The translations under genes were made by a program, and so were the position numbers. Shown here in pieces: positions 27,476-38,298 of a stretch of DNA of 64,000 bases. The stretch covers positions 131,254,001 through 131,318,000 of the forward strand of contig NC_091289.1 in the NCBI RefSeq assembly GCF_032444005.1. Direction: 5' to 3'. Within the stretch, counting starts at the first letter, position 1. The number at the start of each line of letters is the position of its first letter. Below the pieces are notes generated by a model, which was not told the DNA's origin, did no database searches, and saw nothing but the letters and a program-made list of their open reading frames with translations. Source of the DNA: Ranitomeya imitator (Eukaryota).

Positions 27476-29744
27476 TCATTTTTGTAAAGCCTCATACTCC
27501 CTATTCATACCTCGAGGATAGAGTGTTTGTAAGGTAAATATCCAAAAAGCTTCCCTCTCTTTTAGCCTCTGAACCCTATTGCCACCACGTCTAGGGGAGG
27601 AAATACTCTCAAGAACTTGAAATTTTAGCTGGGAAATCGAATGCCCAGCTGAAATGAAATGGAATGGTACAGGTAACATCATTCGTTTGCACCGTATGGT
27701 CGATTTATGTTGGGAAATGCGGTCCCGGATATGCTGGGTAGTCTCACCAACATATCCGAGACCGCAAGGGCACTTGATCAAATAGATCACATGGGTGGAA
27801 TCACATGTAAAAAAGCCATTAATTTGATATACTTTACCAGATCTAGGGTGAGTGAAGGTACTGCCCTTGGTGACATTTGAACATTGGGGACAGTGCAAAC
27901 AGGGGAAGGTTCCCTGCCTCTGAGTGGCCAAAAGAGACTGACGTAGTGGTGTTCTAGATGAGCCAATATCCGCTTTCACCAACAAATTTCTAATATTTTG
28001 AGGTCTCTTGTAACACATCAGTGGCGGGTTGGAGAATTCGGGAATAGAAGGGTAAGCTTTCCCTAATAGTGGCCAATGTTCCAGTATACAGCCTTTAAAA
28101 AAATTCGCATAAGGATGATATGTTGTGACAAACGAGACTCTCGCTGGTTTCTCTTCTCGATTGGGACCGAATGAAGATATCTCATTCAAAAGAGAAGGTG
28201 GATATCCATGATCGAGAAATTTTTTAGTCATCTCCACAGTGCGTTGTGTTCTCAAACTCGGATTAGTCACAATACGTTTAACACGTTGAGTCTGTGATTT
28301 GGGTAGGGACCGTTTGACATGAAAAGGGTGGCAACTCGAGTATAACAATAAACTGTTTCTATCAGTGGACTTGGTGTAGAGGTCAAATTCAAGAGACCCA
28401 TCTTCTTTGATAGTTATTACAGTGTCCAAAAAATTGACACTGTGCTGATCTTTGACTGTGGTGAATTTTAGATTAGGGATCTGAGTGTTCATATCAGAAA
28501 AAAACTTAGTAAGCGACGCCTCATCTCCTTTCCATATCAAAAAAATATCATCAATAAATCTCTTCCAATACATAGAGTGCTGTTGGAAGAGATCATTGGT
28601 ATATACAAAATGCTCCTCAAAGGACGCCATGAAGATATTAGCGTATGGCGGCGCCACATTTGACCCCATGGCGGTCCCGACCCTTTGAATGAAAAACTGG
28701 TCACCGAAGAGAAAAAAATTTTTTGTCAAAATTAATCTCAGTAAAGTCTGACAGAAGTCTTTTTGAATAGAGGAAAAATCTGTATAAGTATCAAGAAACC
28801 ACTGGACTGCTTCCATCCCTTTATCATGATCTATACTCGTATAAAGACTGTTAACATCCATGGTAACAAGATAACAACCTCCAGGCAGAGTACCCACCGA
28901 GTCGAGGCCCTCAAGAAAGTCAGAGGTGTCTTTGATGAAAGATGTAATATGACCCATGAGGGGAGTGAGAATCTTCTCAATAGTCCTAGCTAATGGTGAC
29001 AGGACAGAATTTGTCGACGCTACTATAGGACGTCCTGGCGGACGGGTCTGATGTTTATGGATTTTAGGCAACGCGTAAAACACGGGGATAACTGGATGGA
29101 GATTAAGTAGAAATTCACCTAATTTAGGGTCAATGACATTGTGTTCCCTATACATCTTAACCAAACGTTGGATTTCCCTAAAAATCTCCCAAGTAGGGTC
29201 CCTGTCAACCGGTGAATAAGTGTTCACATCGTCCAAATGTTGGCGAACCATGGAAATATAGAAAGAAGTATCCATTACGACAATTGCCCCCCCCCTTATC
29301 GGCGGGCTTAATGGTAATTGATTTATTCCCCTTTAAACTGTCAAGGGCCCTCTTCTCTAAGGGGGTACAGTTTCTCCTAATTGGTAGCAAACCTTGGTTA
29401 ATCTGAGAACATTTCCTCTGTATATCTTGTGTAACAAGCGAGATGTAAGTCTCCACTGGGTGGTGGGATTTCGGAGGGTTGTAATTACTCGGTATGGTCA
29501 AATTAAGTTCTTTCAGACTAAATGTAGTATGAGTGGTATCAAGAGAGGTTACTGATTGGTCACCACCAGGATTAAATTTGATAGTCGAAAAATGTGCTTT
29601 AAGTCTCAGATTTCTAAAAAATCTATGGAGTTCCTGATCTAACTGGAATTCCTTAAAGGAGGGTGTGGGACAGAATGAAAGGCCTTTTTGTAGGACGTTC
29701 ATTTCTGATGGGGAAAGATTGTAGGATGAGATGTTATAGACCAA
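27476..29744 (-). pseudogene. PLE ORF2 (RT-GIY-YIG), unit 1, frameshifted
   Basis: Split into ORFs 29205-29744 and 27476-29275 by a 9-C run (29287-29295) where unit 2 has 8 C (33924-33931); could be a homopolymer assembly error. Confidence 0.9.
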
Positions 29745-30487
29745 TTGGTCCCTACCTGTGACCGGGTTCTGATCCTGTTGCTGCTGTCGGCGTGTTCTGG
29801 AGCCCCTCCTCGTCGGTTTTTGTTGAACCGCCCTTTCCTTTGCTCTAAAAAAGGGGAGGTGGTACGGGGATTTGATTCGCTCTCAGAACTAGAGGAGGTG
29901 GTTAAATAATCTCTCCTAAACGGGCGACGATCCCGTAGGGTATTAGCATCTCGCCATCTATAGACATTTTGACGATGGTAATCCTCCGTATCACGTAGGA
30001 ATTTAGACCGTTTCCTATCCTGTAAAACAATCCTGAAATCATCAATAGTTTTATCAATTTTCTGTTTAAGATTATCAAATTTGTCAGTAGCTAAGGTGTT
30101 GCACAACTGCTGTTGTATAACCTCAATCTGTTTATCCAATTCACAAATGTCTTTTTGAAGATACTCAATAGTTAATAAGATAATGTCCATAGAACATTTA
30201 TTGAGGATCCCCTCAAACTTCAAACAAAAGTCCGGTTTATCCTGGAATAAAGTGGGACGTAGAGACACTCGTAAGCCCCGAGGTATGCGTTTCACTTTAT
30301 GATACTCAGCTAAAGTCACGTAATGCAGCTCCAAAGCCGTCTTCTTCCTGAGTTCACGTTCCCAATCTCTCGAACGAATCTCTTCTACAGGGGTGTGTAA
30401 AAATTCTCCAGGGATTTTCACGTGTGAGATAATTTCGTCCGCCTCCGCTTGACCGTAGGACACTGTGTTGAACGACATCATATCCAA
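29699..30487 (-). CDS. PLE ORF1, 262 aa, unit 1 (predicted coiled-coil, basic/Ser-rich tail, function unknown)
   Basis: ORF track; same protein sequence as 34335-35123. Confidence 0.8.
   Translation of the reverse strand: MDMMSFNTVSYGQAEADEIISHVKIPGEFLHTPVEEIRSRDWERELRKKTALELHYVTLAEYHKVKRIPRGLRVSLRPTLFQDKPDFCLKFEGILNKCSMDIILLTIEYLQKDICELDKQIEVIQQQLCNTLATDKFDNLKQKIDKTIDDFRIVLQDRKRSKFLRDTEDYHRQNVYRWRDANTLRDRRPFRRDYLTTSSSSESESNPRTTSPFLEQRKGRFNKNRRGGAPEHADSSNRIRTRSQVGTNWSITSHPTIFPHQK
29846..29852 (-). promoter_or_regulatory. Candidate -1 frameshift heptamer U_UUU_UUA, unit 1
   Basis: Same context as 34482-34488. Confidence 0.55.
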
Positions 30488-30691
30488 TTCTCTGTGGTGC
30501 AGCCAAACTCAATAAAGCATATAATATAAAGGTCAGAAATGGCGCACTCAATTCTTAAGGAGGTGCTCAGAAGGAACAAATATAAATCTAAACGGAAAAA
30601 TAACCTTCGGCACTCAATAAGGTCCACTCTAGCTTCAATTTTCAAAAAGTAGATTTATTTTAGCACAGCCGATAAACAACAGACGTCATAG

Positions 30692-30731
30692 TTTCCGACG
30701 TTTCGGCAATTTTATGCCTTTTTCAAGGAAA
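30692..30731 (-). ncRNA. Minimal hammerhead ribozyme motif, unit 2
   Basis: Identical to the unit 1 motif. Confidence 0.7.
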
Positions 30732-32112
30732 TCTATGCACAGAAAAAACATGAATATATCATTATAGTGTATACACTGCCATATATTGTCATACATTGTC
30801 AGGCTGAATAAATCTTATATAAAAATCAGAGTCAATACATAAGAAAGTGGAACGGAAAGGAGAACATAAAAGGATCAAGGAAAACGTGTATTATATCACT
30901 AAATAAAGAACAAATGAACCACGTTCATATTAAGTTATATAACCACTTGAAATCCAACCGTGATCCATAGGTGAAGGGTGAGCAGGAAAGACACAGGTAT
31001 TACCCTGTAGTGAAATAACGAATCCCAGAGTAATTTTATTTCCAGCGAGATACATGATGTATGTGGTATATCGTCACCAATGACCACCTAGGAGGGTACT
31101 ATTGCAGGCACCAAATGTAAACATGCACAAAGAAATGAAAAGAAAAAGAAAAAAAGTCAGGATAATAAACTTTATATACCTGTAGGGGATAATTACTGCC
31201 TCATAGAGATCATGAGCAAAACCTGCTCTATATGGGACCGGCAGAATAGGCTAAAAAACGAGACAAAAAAGTTCAGAGACTAAATATAAAGAAGCCCGGC
31301 TAGGTAAAAATCCATAGCCTGAGCCAGGTTTAAATATTACCTATAATAGCAGAGAGATCGGCGTGTGTCCGATGTGCGTCCGGTGACCAGGAAGACGGTG
31401 TAAGAAATGCGCCGCTCAGCGGGTTTAAATGCCGAACACCCGTGAGGTCATATCCGGTCTCAGGAGTAAGAGGAATCCTACGCATGCGCGATCTGATCGC
31501 CGCTCAGCAAAAATGCCGAACGCTCGTGAGGTAACGTCCGGTCAGGGAAATAAGGGGAATCCCTGACTCATGCTAGCATAACGCATGCGCAGTGCGGTCC
31601 GGTGTAGTAGTGACCGAATGCAATATGTTATGAGCCCGAAACTAGGAATATTCCTAAATAGGGGAAAAAAAGGGGGAGAACCGGCGTGTACGCATAAAGG
31701 ACACTATTCAAAATGCATATAAAAGTTCATACTACATATATAAGCTCCGTGAAAAAAAAGAAATCTCATCCAAAAACAATAGGTATGCAAAGTCCTGCCT
31801 AGGGGGTCCAGTAGGGAAAAGTTACAATATATAAACATCAGTACACTAAACTAATTTTGTAAAGAGCAACAAGTAAAAGGCACCAAAAGAAGCACTCAGA
31901 TAAAGACAAATGAGATGTGGGGAAAGTGTTGCTCAGTCGGAAAACGGACAATTGGAGGGAAGAATAACAATCATGACGGCATCTGAAAGAGGGAAATCAA
32001 AAAGACACCATGATAATCATGAAACAATTACAACGAACTAGATATAATATATTCATATTTCGTCAATTAACACATAGAAATATATGAATAAACAACATGA
32101 CAAATAACATGT

Positions 32113-34380
32113 TCATTTTTGTAAAGCCTCATACTCCCTATTCATACCTCGAGGATAGAGTGTTTGTAAGGTAAATATCCAAAAAGCTTCCCTCTCTTTT
32201 AGCCTCTGAACCCTATTGCCACCACGTCTAGGGGAGGAAATACTCTCAAGAACTTGAAATTTTAGCTGGGAAATCGAATGCCCAGCTGAAATGAAATGGA
32301 ATGGTACAGGTAACATCATTCGTTTGCACCGTATGGTCGATTTATGTTGGGAAATGCGGTCCCGGATATGCTGGGTAGTCTCACCAACATATCCGAGACC
32401 GCAAGGGCACTTGATCAAATAGATCACATGGGTGGAATCACATGTAAAAAAGCCATTAATTTGATATACTTTACCAGATCTAGGGTGAGTGAAGGTACTG
32501 CCCTTGGTGACATTTGAACATTGGGGACAGTGCAAACAGGGGAAGGTTCCCTGCCTCTGAGTGGCCAAAAGAGACTGACGTAGTGGTGTTCTAGATGAGC
32601 CAATATCCGCTTTCACCAACAAATTTCTAATATTTTGAGGTCTCTTGTAACACATCAGTGGCGGGTTGGAGAATTCGGGAATGGAAGGGTAAGCTTTCCC
32701 TAATAGTGGCCAATGTTCCAGTATACAGCCTTTAAAAAAATTCGCATAAGGATGATATGTTGTGACAAACGAGACTCTCGCTGGTTTCTCTTCTCGATTG
32801 GGACCGAATGAAGATATCTCATTCAAAAGAGAAGGTGGATATCCACGATCGAGAAATTTTTTAGTCATCTCCACAGTGCGTTGTGTTCTCAAACTCGGAT
32901 TAGTCACAATACGTTTAACACGTTGAGTCTGTGATTTGGGTAGGGACCGTTTGACATGAAAAGGGTGGCAACTCGAGTATAACAATAAACTGTTTCTATC
33001 AGTGGACTTGGTGTAGAGGTCAAATTCAAGAGACCCATCTTCTTTGATAGTTATTAAAGTGTCCAAAAAATTGACACTGTGCTGATCTTTGACTGTGGTG
33101 AATTTTAGATTAGGGATCTGAGTGTTCATATCAGAAAAAAACTTAGTAAGCGACGCCTCATCTCCTTTCCATATCAAAAAAATATCATCAATAAATCTCT
33201 TCCAATACATAGAGTGCTGTTGGAAGAGATCATTGGTATATACAAAATGCTCCTCAAAGGACGCCATGAAGATATTAGCGTATGGCGGCGCCACATTTGA
33301 CCCCATGGCGGTCCCGACCCTTTGAATGAAAAACTGGTCACCGAAGAGAAAAAAATTTTTTGTCAAAATTAATCTCAGTAAAGTCTGACAGAAGTCTTTT
33401 TGAATAGAGGAAAAATCTGTATAAGTATCAAGAAACCACTGGACTGCTTCCATCCCTTTATCATGATCTATACTCGTATAAAGACTGTTAACATCCATGG
33501 TAACAAGATAACAACCTCCAGGCAGAGTACCCACCGAGTCGAGGCCCTCAAGAAAGTCAGAGGTGTCTTTGATGAAAGATGTAATATGACCCATGAGGGG
33601 AGTGAGAATCTTCTCAATAGTCCTAGCTAATGGTGACAGGACAGAATTTGTCGACGCTACTATAGGACGTCCTGGCGGACGGGTCTGATGTTTATGGATT
33701 TTAGGCAACGCGTAAAACACGGGGATAACTGGATGGAGATTAAGTAGAAATTCACCTAATTTAGGGTCAATGACATTGTGTTCCCTATACATCTTAACCA
33801 AACGTTGGATTTCCCTAAAAATCTCCCAAGTAGGGTCCCTGTCAACCGGTGAATAAGTGTTCACATCGTCCAAATGTTGGCGAACCATGGAAATATAGAA
33901 AGAAGTATCCATTACGACAATTGCCCCCCCCTTATCGGCGGGCTTAATGGTAATTGATTTATTCCCCTTTAAACTGTCAAGGGCCCTCTTCTCTAAGGGG
34001 GTACAGTTTCTCCTAATTGGTAGCAAACCTTGGTTAATCTGAGAACATTTCCTCTGTATATCTTGTGTAACAAGCGAGATGTAAGTCTCCACTGGGTGGT
34101 GGGATTTCGGAGGGTTGTAATTACTCGGTATGGTCAAATTAAGTTCTTTCAGACTAAATGTAGTATGAGTGGTATCAAGAGAGGTTACTGATTGGTCACC
34201 ACCAGGATTAAATTTGATAGTCGAAAAATGTGCTTTAAGTCTCAGATTTCTAAAAAATCTATGGAGTTCCTGATCTAACTGGAATTCCTTAAAGGAGGGT
34301 GTGGGACAGAATGAAAGGCCTTTTTGTAGGACGTTCATTTCTGATGGGGAAAGATTGTAGGATGAGATGTTATAGACCAA
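32113..34380 (-). CDS. PLE ORF2, intact 755-aa reverse transcriptase plus GIY-YIG endonuclease
   Basis: KGLSFCPT, YALPKIHK, PGRPIV, MDVNSLYTSI, GTAMGS, RFIDD, NFLD; Cys-rich linker CLHCPQC; VIYLIKCPCGLGYVGET nuclease motif. The called start is TTG, not ATG. Confidence 0.95.
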   Translation of the reverse strand: MVYNISSYNLSPSEMNVLQKGLSFCPTPSFKEFQLDQELHRFFRNLRLKAHFSTIKFNPGGDQSVTSLDTTHTTFSLKELNLTIPSNYNPPKSHHPVETYISLVTQDIQRKCSQINQGLLPIRRNCTPLEKRALDSLKGNKSITIKPADKGGAIVVMDTSFYISMVRQHLDDVNTYSPVDRDPTWEIFREIQRLVKMYREHNVIDPKLGEFLLNLHPVIPVFYALPKIHKHQTRPPGRPIVASTNSVLSPLARTIEKILTPLMGHITSFIKDTSDFLEGLDSVGTLPGGCYLVTMDVNSLYTSIDHDKGMEAVQWFLDTYTDFSSIQKDFCQTLLRLILTKNFFLFGDQFFIQRVGTAMGSNVAPPYANIFMASFEEHFVYTNDLFQQHSMYWKRFIDDIFLIWKGDEASLTKFFSDMNTQIPNLKFTTVKDQHSVNFLDTLITIKEDGSLEFDLYTKSTDRNSLLLYSSCHPFHVKRSLPKSQTQRVKRIVTNPSLRTQRTVEMTKKFLDRGYPPSLLNEISSFGPNREEKPARVSFVTTYHPYANFFKGCILEHWPLLGKAYPSIPEFSNPPLMCYKRPQNIRNLLVKADIGSSRTPLRQSLLATQRQGTFPCLHCPQCSNVTKGSTFTHPRSGKVYQINGFFTCDSTHVIYLIKCPCGLGYVGETTQHIRDRISQHKSTIRCKRMMLPVPFHFISAGHSISQLKFQVLESISSPRRGGNRVQRLKEREAFWIFTLQTLYPRGMNREYEALQK

Positions 34381-35123
34381 TTGGTCCCTACCTGTGACCG
34401 GGTTCTGATCCTGTTGCTGCTGTCGGCGTGTTCTGGAGCCCCTCCTCGTCGGTTTTTGTTGAACCGCCCTTTCCTTTGCTCTAAAAAAGGGGAGGTGGTA
34501 CGGGGATTTGATTCGCTCTCAGAACTAGAGGAGGTGGTTAAATAATCTCTCCTAAACGGGCGACGATCCCGTAGGGTATTAGCATCTCGCCATCTATAGA
34601 CATTTTGACGATGGTAATCCTCCGTATCACGTAGGAATTTAGACCGTTTCCTATCCTGTAAAACAATCCTGAAATCATCAATAGTTTTATCAATTTTCTG
34701 TTTAAGATTATCAAATTTGTCAGTAGCTAAGGTGTTGCACAACTGCTGTTGTATAACCTCAATCTGTTTATCCAATTCACAAATGTCTTTTTGAAGATAC
34801 TCAATAGTTAATAAGATAATGTCCATAGAACATTTATTGAGGATCCCCTCAAACTTCAAACAAAAGTCCGGTTTATCCTGGAATAAAGTGGGACGTAGAG
34901 ACACTCGTAAGCCCCGAGGTATGCGTTTCACTTTATGATACTCAGCTAAAGTCACGTAATGCAGCTCCAAAGCCGTCTTCTTCCTGAGTTCACGTTCCCA
35001 ATCTCTCGAACGAATCTCTTCTACAGGGGTGTGTAAAAATTCTCCAGGGATTTTCACGTGTGAGATAATTTCGTCCGCCTCCGCTTGACCGTAGGACACT
35101 GTGTTGAACGACATCATATCCAA
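34335..35123 (-). CDS. PLE ORF1, 262 aa, unit 2
   Basis: ATG start at 35123; overlaps ORF2, which lies in the -1 frame. Confidence 0.8.
   Translation of the reverse strand: MDMMSFNTVSYGQAEADEIISHVKIPGEFLHTPVEEIRSRDWERELRKKTALELHYVTLAEYHKVKRIPRGLRVSLRPTLFQDKPDFCLKFEGILNKCSMDIILLTIEYLQKDICELDKQIEVIQQQLCNTLATDKFDNLKQKIDKTIDDFRIVLQDRKRSKFLRDTEDYHRQNVYRWRDANTLRDRRPFRRDYLTTSSSSESESNPRTTSPFLEQRKGRFNKNRRGGAPEHADSSNRIRTRSQVGTNWSITSHPTIFPHQK
34482..34488 (-). promoter_or_regulatory. Candidate -1 frameshift heptamer U_UUU_UUA, unit 2
   Basis: ORF1 codons 212-214 are CCT TTT TTA; the -1 frame is open from a TGA at 34521-34519 through the heptamer into ORF2. Confidence 0.6.
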
Positions 35124-35327
35124 TTCTCTGTGGTGCAGCCAAACTCAATAAAGCATATAATATAAAGGTCAGAAATGGCGCACTCAATTCTTAAGGAGGT
35201 GCTCAGAAGGAACAAATATAAATCTAAACGGAAAAATAACCTTCGGCACTCAATAAGGTCCACTCTAGCTTCAATTTTCAAAAAGTAGATTTATTTTAGC
35301 ACAGCCGATAAACAACAGACGTCATAG

Positions 35328-35367
35328 TTTCTGACGTTTCGGCAATTTTATGCCTTTTTCAAGGAAA
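35328..35367 (-). ncRNA. Minimal hammerhead motif, partial unit 3, with a helix I mismatch
   Basis: As unit 1 but GUC-AGAAA (plus-strand T at 35332). Confidence 0.6.
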
Positions 35368-36050
35368 TCTATGCACAGAAAAAACATGAATATATCATTA
35401 TAGTGTATACACTGCCATATATTGTCATACATTGTCAGGCTGAATAAATCTTATATAAAAATCAGAGTCAATACATAAGAAAGTGGAACGGAAAGGAGAA
35501 CATAAAAGGATCAAGGAAAACGTGTATTATATCACTAAATAAAGAACAAATGAACCACGTTCATATTAAGTTATATAACCACTTGAAATCCAACCGTGAT
35601 CCATAGGTGAAGGGTGAGCAGGAAAGACACAGGTATTACCCTGTAGTGAAATAACGAATCCCAGAGTAATTTTATTTCCAGCGAGATACATGATGTATGT
35701 GGTATATCGTCACCAATGACCACCTAGGAGGGTACTATTGCAGGCACCAAATGTAAACATGCACAAAGAAATGAAAAGAAAAAGAAAAAAAGTCAGGATA
35801 ATAAACTTTATATACCTGTAGGGGATAATTACTGCCTCATAGAGATCATGAGCAAAACCTGCTCTATATGGGACCGGCAGAATAGGCTAAAAAACGAGAC
35901 AAAAAAGTTCAGAGACTAAATATAAAGAAGCCCGGCTAGGTAAAAATCCATAGCCTGAGCCAGGTTTAAATATTACCTATAATAGCAGAGAGATCGGCGT
36001 GTGTCCGATGTGCGTCCGGTGACCAGGAAGACGGTGTAAGAAATGCGCCG

Positions 36051-36763
36051 CTCTCTGCTATTATAGGTTTTGCTCATGATCTCTATGAGGCAGTAATTAT
36101 CCCCTACAGGTATATAAAGTTTATTATCCTGACTTTTTTTCTTTTTCTTTTCATTTCTTTGTGCATGTTTACATTTGGTGCCTGCAATAGTACCCTCCTA
36201 GGTGGTCATTGGTGACGATATACCACATACATCATGTATCTCGCTGGAAATAAAATTACTCTGGGATTCGTTATTTCACTACAGGGTAATACCTGTGTCT
36301 TTCCTGCTCACCCTTCACCTATGGATCACGGTTGGATTTCAAGTGGTTATATAACTTAATATGAACGTGGTTCATTTGTTCTTTATTTAGTGATATAATA
36401 CACGTTTTCCTTGATCCTTTTATGTTCTCCTTTCCGTTCCACTTTCTTATGTATTGACTCTGATTTTTATATAAGATTTATTCAGCCTGACAATGTATGA
36501 CAATATATGGCAGTGTATACACTATAATGATATATTCATGTTTTTTCTGTGCATAGATTTCCTTGAAAAAGGCATAAAATTGCCGAAACGTCGGAAACTA
36601 TGACGTCTGTTGTTTATCGGCTGTGCTAAAATAAATCTACTTTTTGAAAATTGAAGCTAGAGTGGACCTTATTGAGTGCCGAAGGTTATTTTTCCGTTTA
36701 GATTTATATTTGTTCCTTCTGAGCACCTCCTTAAGAATTGAGTGCGCCATTTCTGACCTTTAT
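36051..36763 (+). repeat. Inverted copy of the PLE terminal region lacking a 118-nt GT..AG segment
   Basis: Reverse complement of 35992-35162 minus 35976-35859; 831-118=713 bp matches the observed length; CTC microhomology at the inversion point. Confidence 0.9.
36558..36597 (+). ncRNA. Minimal hammerhead motif in the inverted copy
   Basis: TTTCCTTGAAAAAGGCATAAAATTGCCGAAACGTCGGAAA read directly. Confidence 0.7.
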
Positions 36764-37620
36764 CTCATGTATTTCTGTCGTGACGTTTGTTTGTGGGAAA
36801 ATCGCCCGGTCTTCCGGGTGGATTCGTCGTTGTGGTATCATTTTCAGTTATTAAGTTTAAATGGTTTATTCTTTTGTAATGGAGTATACTAAAATTTGAA
36901 AAGTAACTCAAAATAAACGCCACGGCCATTTTATTCCAAACTAATTTGGTAGTCATGTGTGAGTTATTGGGATGTTTTTGGGGGGGTTTGTGTTACCATG
37001 TTACGGTTCATTCTCTAGGTATATAAGTGTTGTAAAGGGGTGAAGAGTGTCCCATATCTCAAATATACCATTTTTTTGTGAAATTGATAGAACGAGTGGC
37101 ATCGTTATAACCTATATGAGGGGTCACGTGTTCTGGCTCTTCTTTCAGGTTCCTGGCTCTATTGACATTAGGGATCGTTAGATCCATTTTTTTTTACCAA
37201 GTGTCTTTATAAAGAACCTGATAGCACAATATTGTAACGTAAAGACATGACTGTAATACTGATGACACCGATGCGTTTGGTAAAGAAATCTGCTTTGTTC
37301 TTCTTCTGTAATCAGAACTTGAGGTTTTCTGCTAATTAGATGTTGGTGCCCAGGGGTGGGCCGAGCACTGCGCCCTCTCCTCCATCTGTGATTCCCCAGC
37401 CCCTCCATCTGTGGCTGACAGGTTACTGCAGAGATTTCATACAGAGGGGGCAGATCATTCACAGCCTGGAGACAGGGGCCGGGGAATCACAGACAGGGAG
37501 AAGACCCCGTGCACAGTCCGGCCCCTGTGCACCCAACTGTGAAAAGCAGGAAACTTCAAATAGTGAAAGGTATCAATGTAATCTGTGTTACCGCGCCATC
37601 ACAGCCATTACTTTGCATTA

Positions 37621-38298
37621 AGGTACGTTCACAAATAATGATTTCGTTAACGATATTGTTGCAACGTCACGCTTTTTGTGACATAGCAACGATCCCGCTA
37701 ACGATCTCGTTATGTGTGACAGCGACCAACGATCAGGCCCCTGCTGGGAGATCGTTGGTCGCTGGGAATGATCAGGACCTTTTTTTGGTTGCTGATCACC
37801 CGCTGTCATCGCTGGATCGGCATGTGTGACGCCGATCCAGCGATGTGTTCACCTGTAACCAGGGTAAATATCAGGTTACTAAGTGCAGGGCCGCGCTTAG
37901 TAACCCGATATTTACCCTGGTTACCATTGTAAAAGTGAAAAAAAAAAAAACAGTTCATACTCACATTCCGATAACTGTCACGTCCCCCGCCGTCAGCTTC
38001 CCTGCACTGACTGTCAGCGCCGGCCGTAAAGCGTTTACAATGGTAACCAGGGTAAATATCGGGTTACTAAGCGCGGCCCTGCACTTAGTAACCCGATGTT
38101 TACCCTGGTTACCCGGGGACTTCGGCATCGTTGAAGACAGTTTCAACGATGACGAAGTCTTTCCCCGGATCGTTGGGCGCTGGAGAGAGCGGTCTGTGTG
38201 ACAGCTCCCCAGCGACCACACAACAACTTACCAATGATCACGGCCAGGTCGTATCGCTGGTCGTGATCGTTGGTAAGTCGTTTAGTTTAACGGTACCT
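37621..38298. mobile_element. Harbinger-type MITE (same group as 18510-19066)
   Basis: AGGTAC..GTACCT termini with TTA on both sides (37618-37620, 38299-38301); shared internal motifs CAGCGACCAACGATC and TGGTAACCAGGGTAAA. Confidence 0.75.

Larger units (their letters stand above)
25953..36763 (-). mobile_element. Penelope-like element (Neptune-type): tandem units 25953-30589 and 30590-35225, partial unit 35226-36053, inverted terminal copy
   Basis: Unit start AAACGGAAAAATAACC at 25953, 30590 and 35226; RT plus GIY-YIG ORF; target duplication CTCATGTATTTCT at 25940-25952 and 36764-36776. Confidence 0.95.

Noticed and set aside
36644-36892. ORF MKIEARVDLIECRRLFFRL.., also at 25550-26008
   Set aside because: Chance frames starting in the PLE terminal repeat and running into flank or unrelated sequence.
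37255-37295. CTGATGA..GAAA string suggesting an older PLE at the target site
   Set aside because: Helix II does not close onto GAAA and there is no helix I or III.
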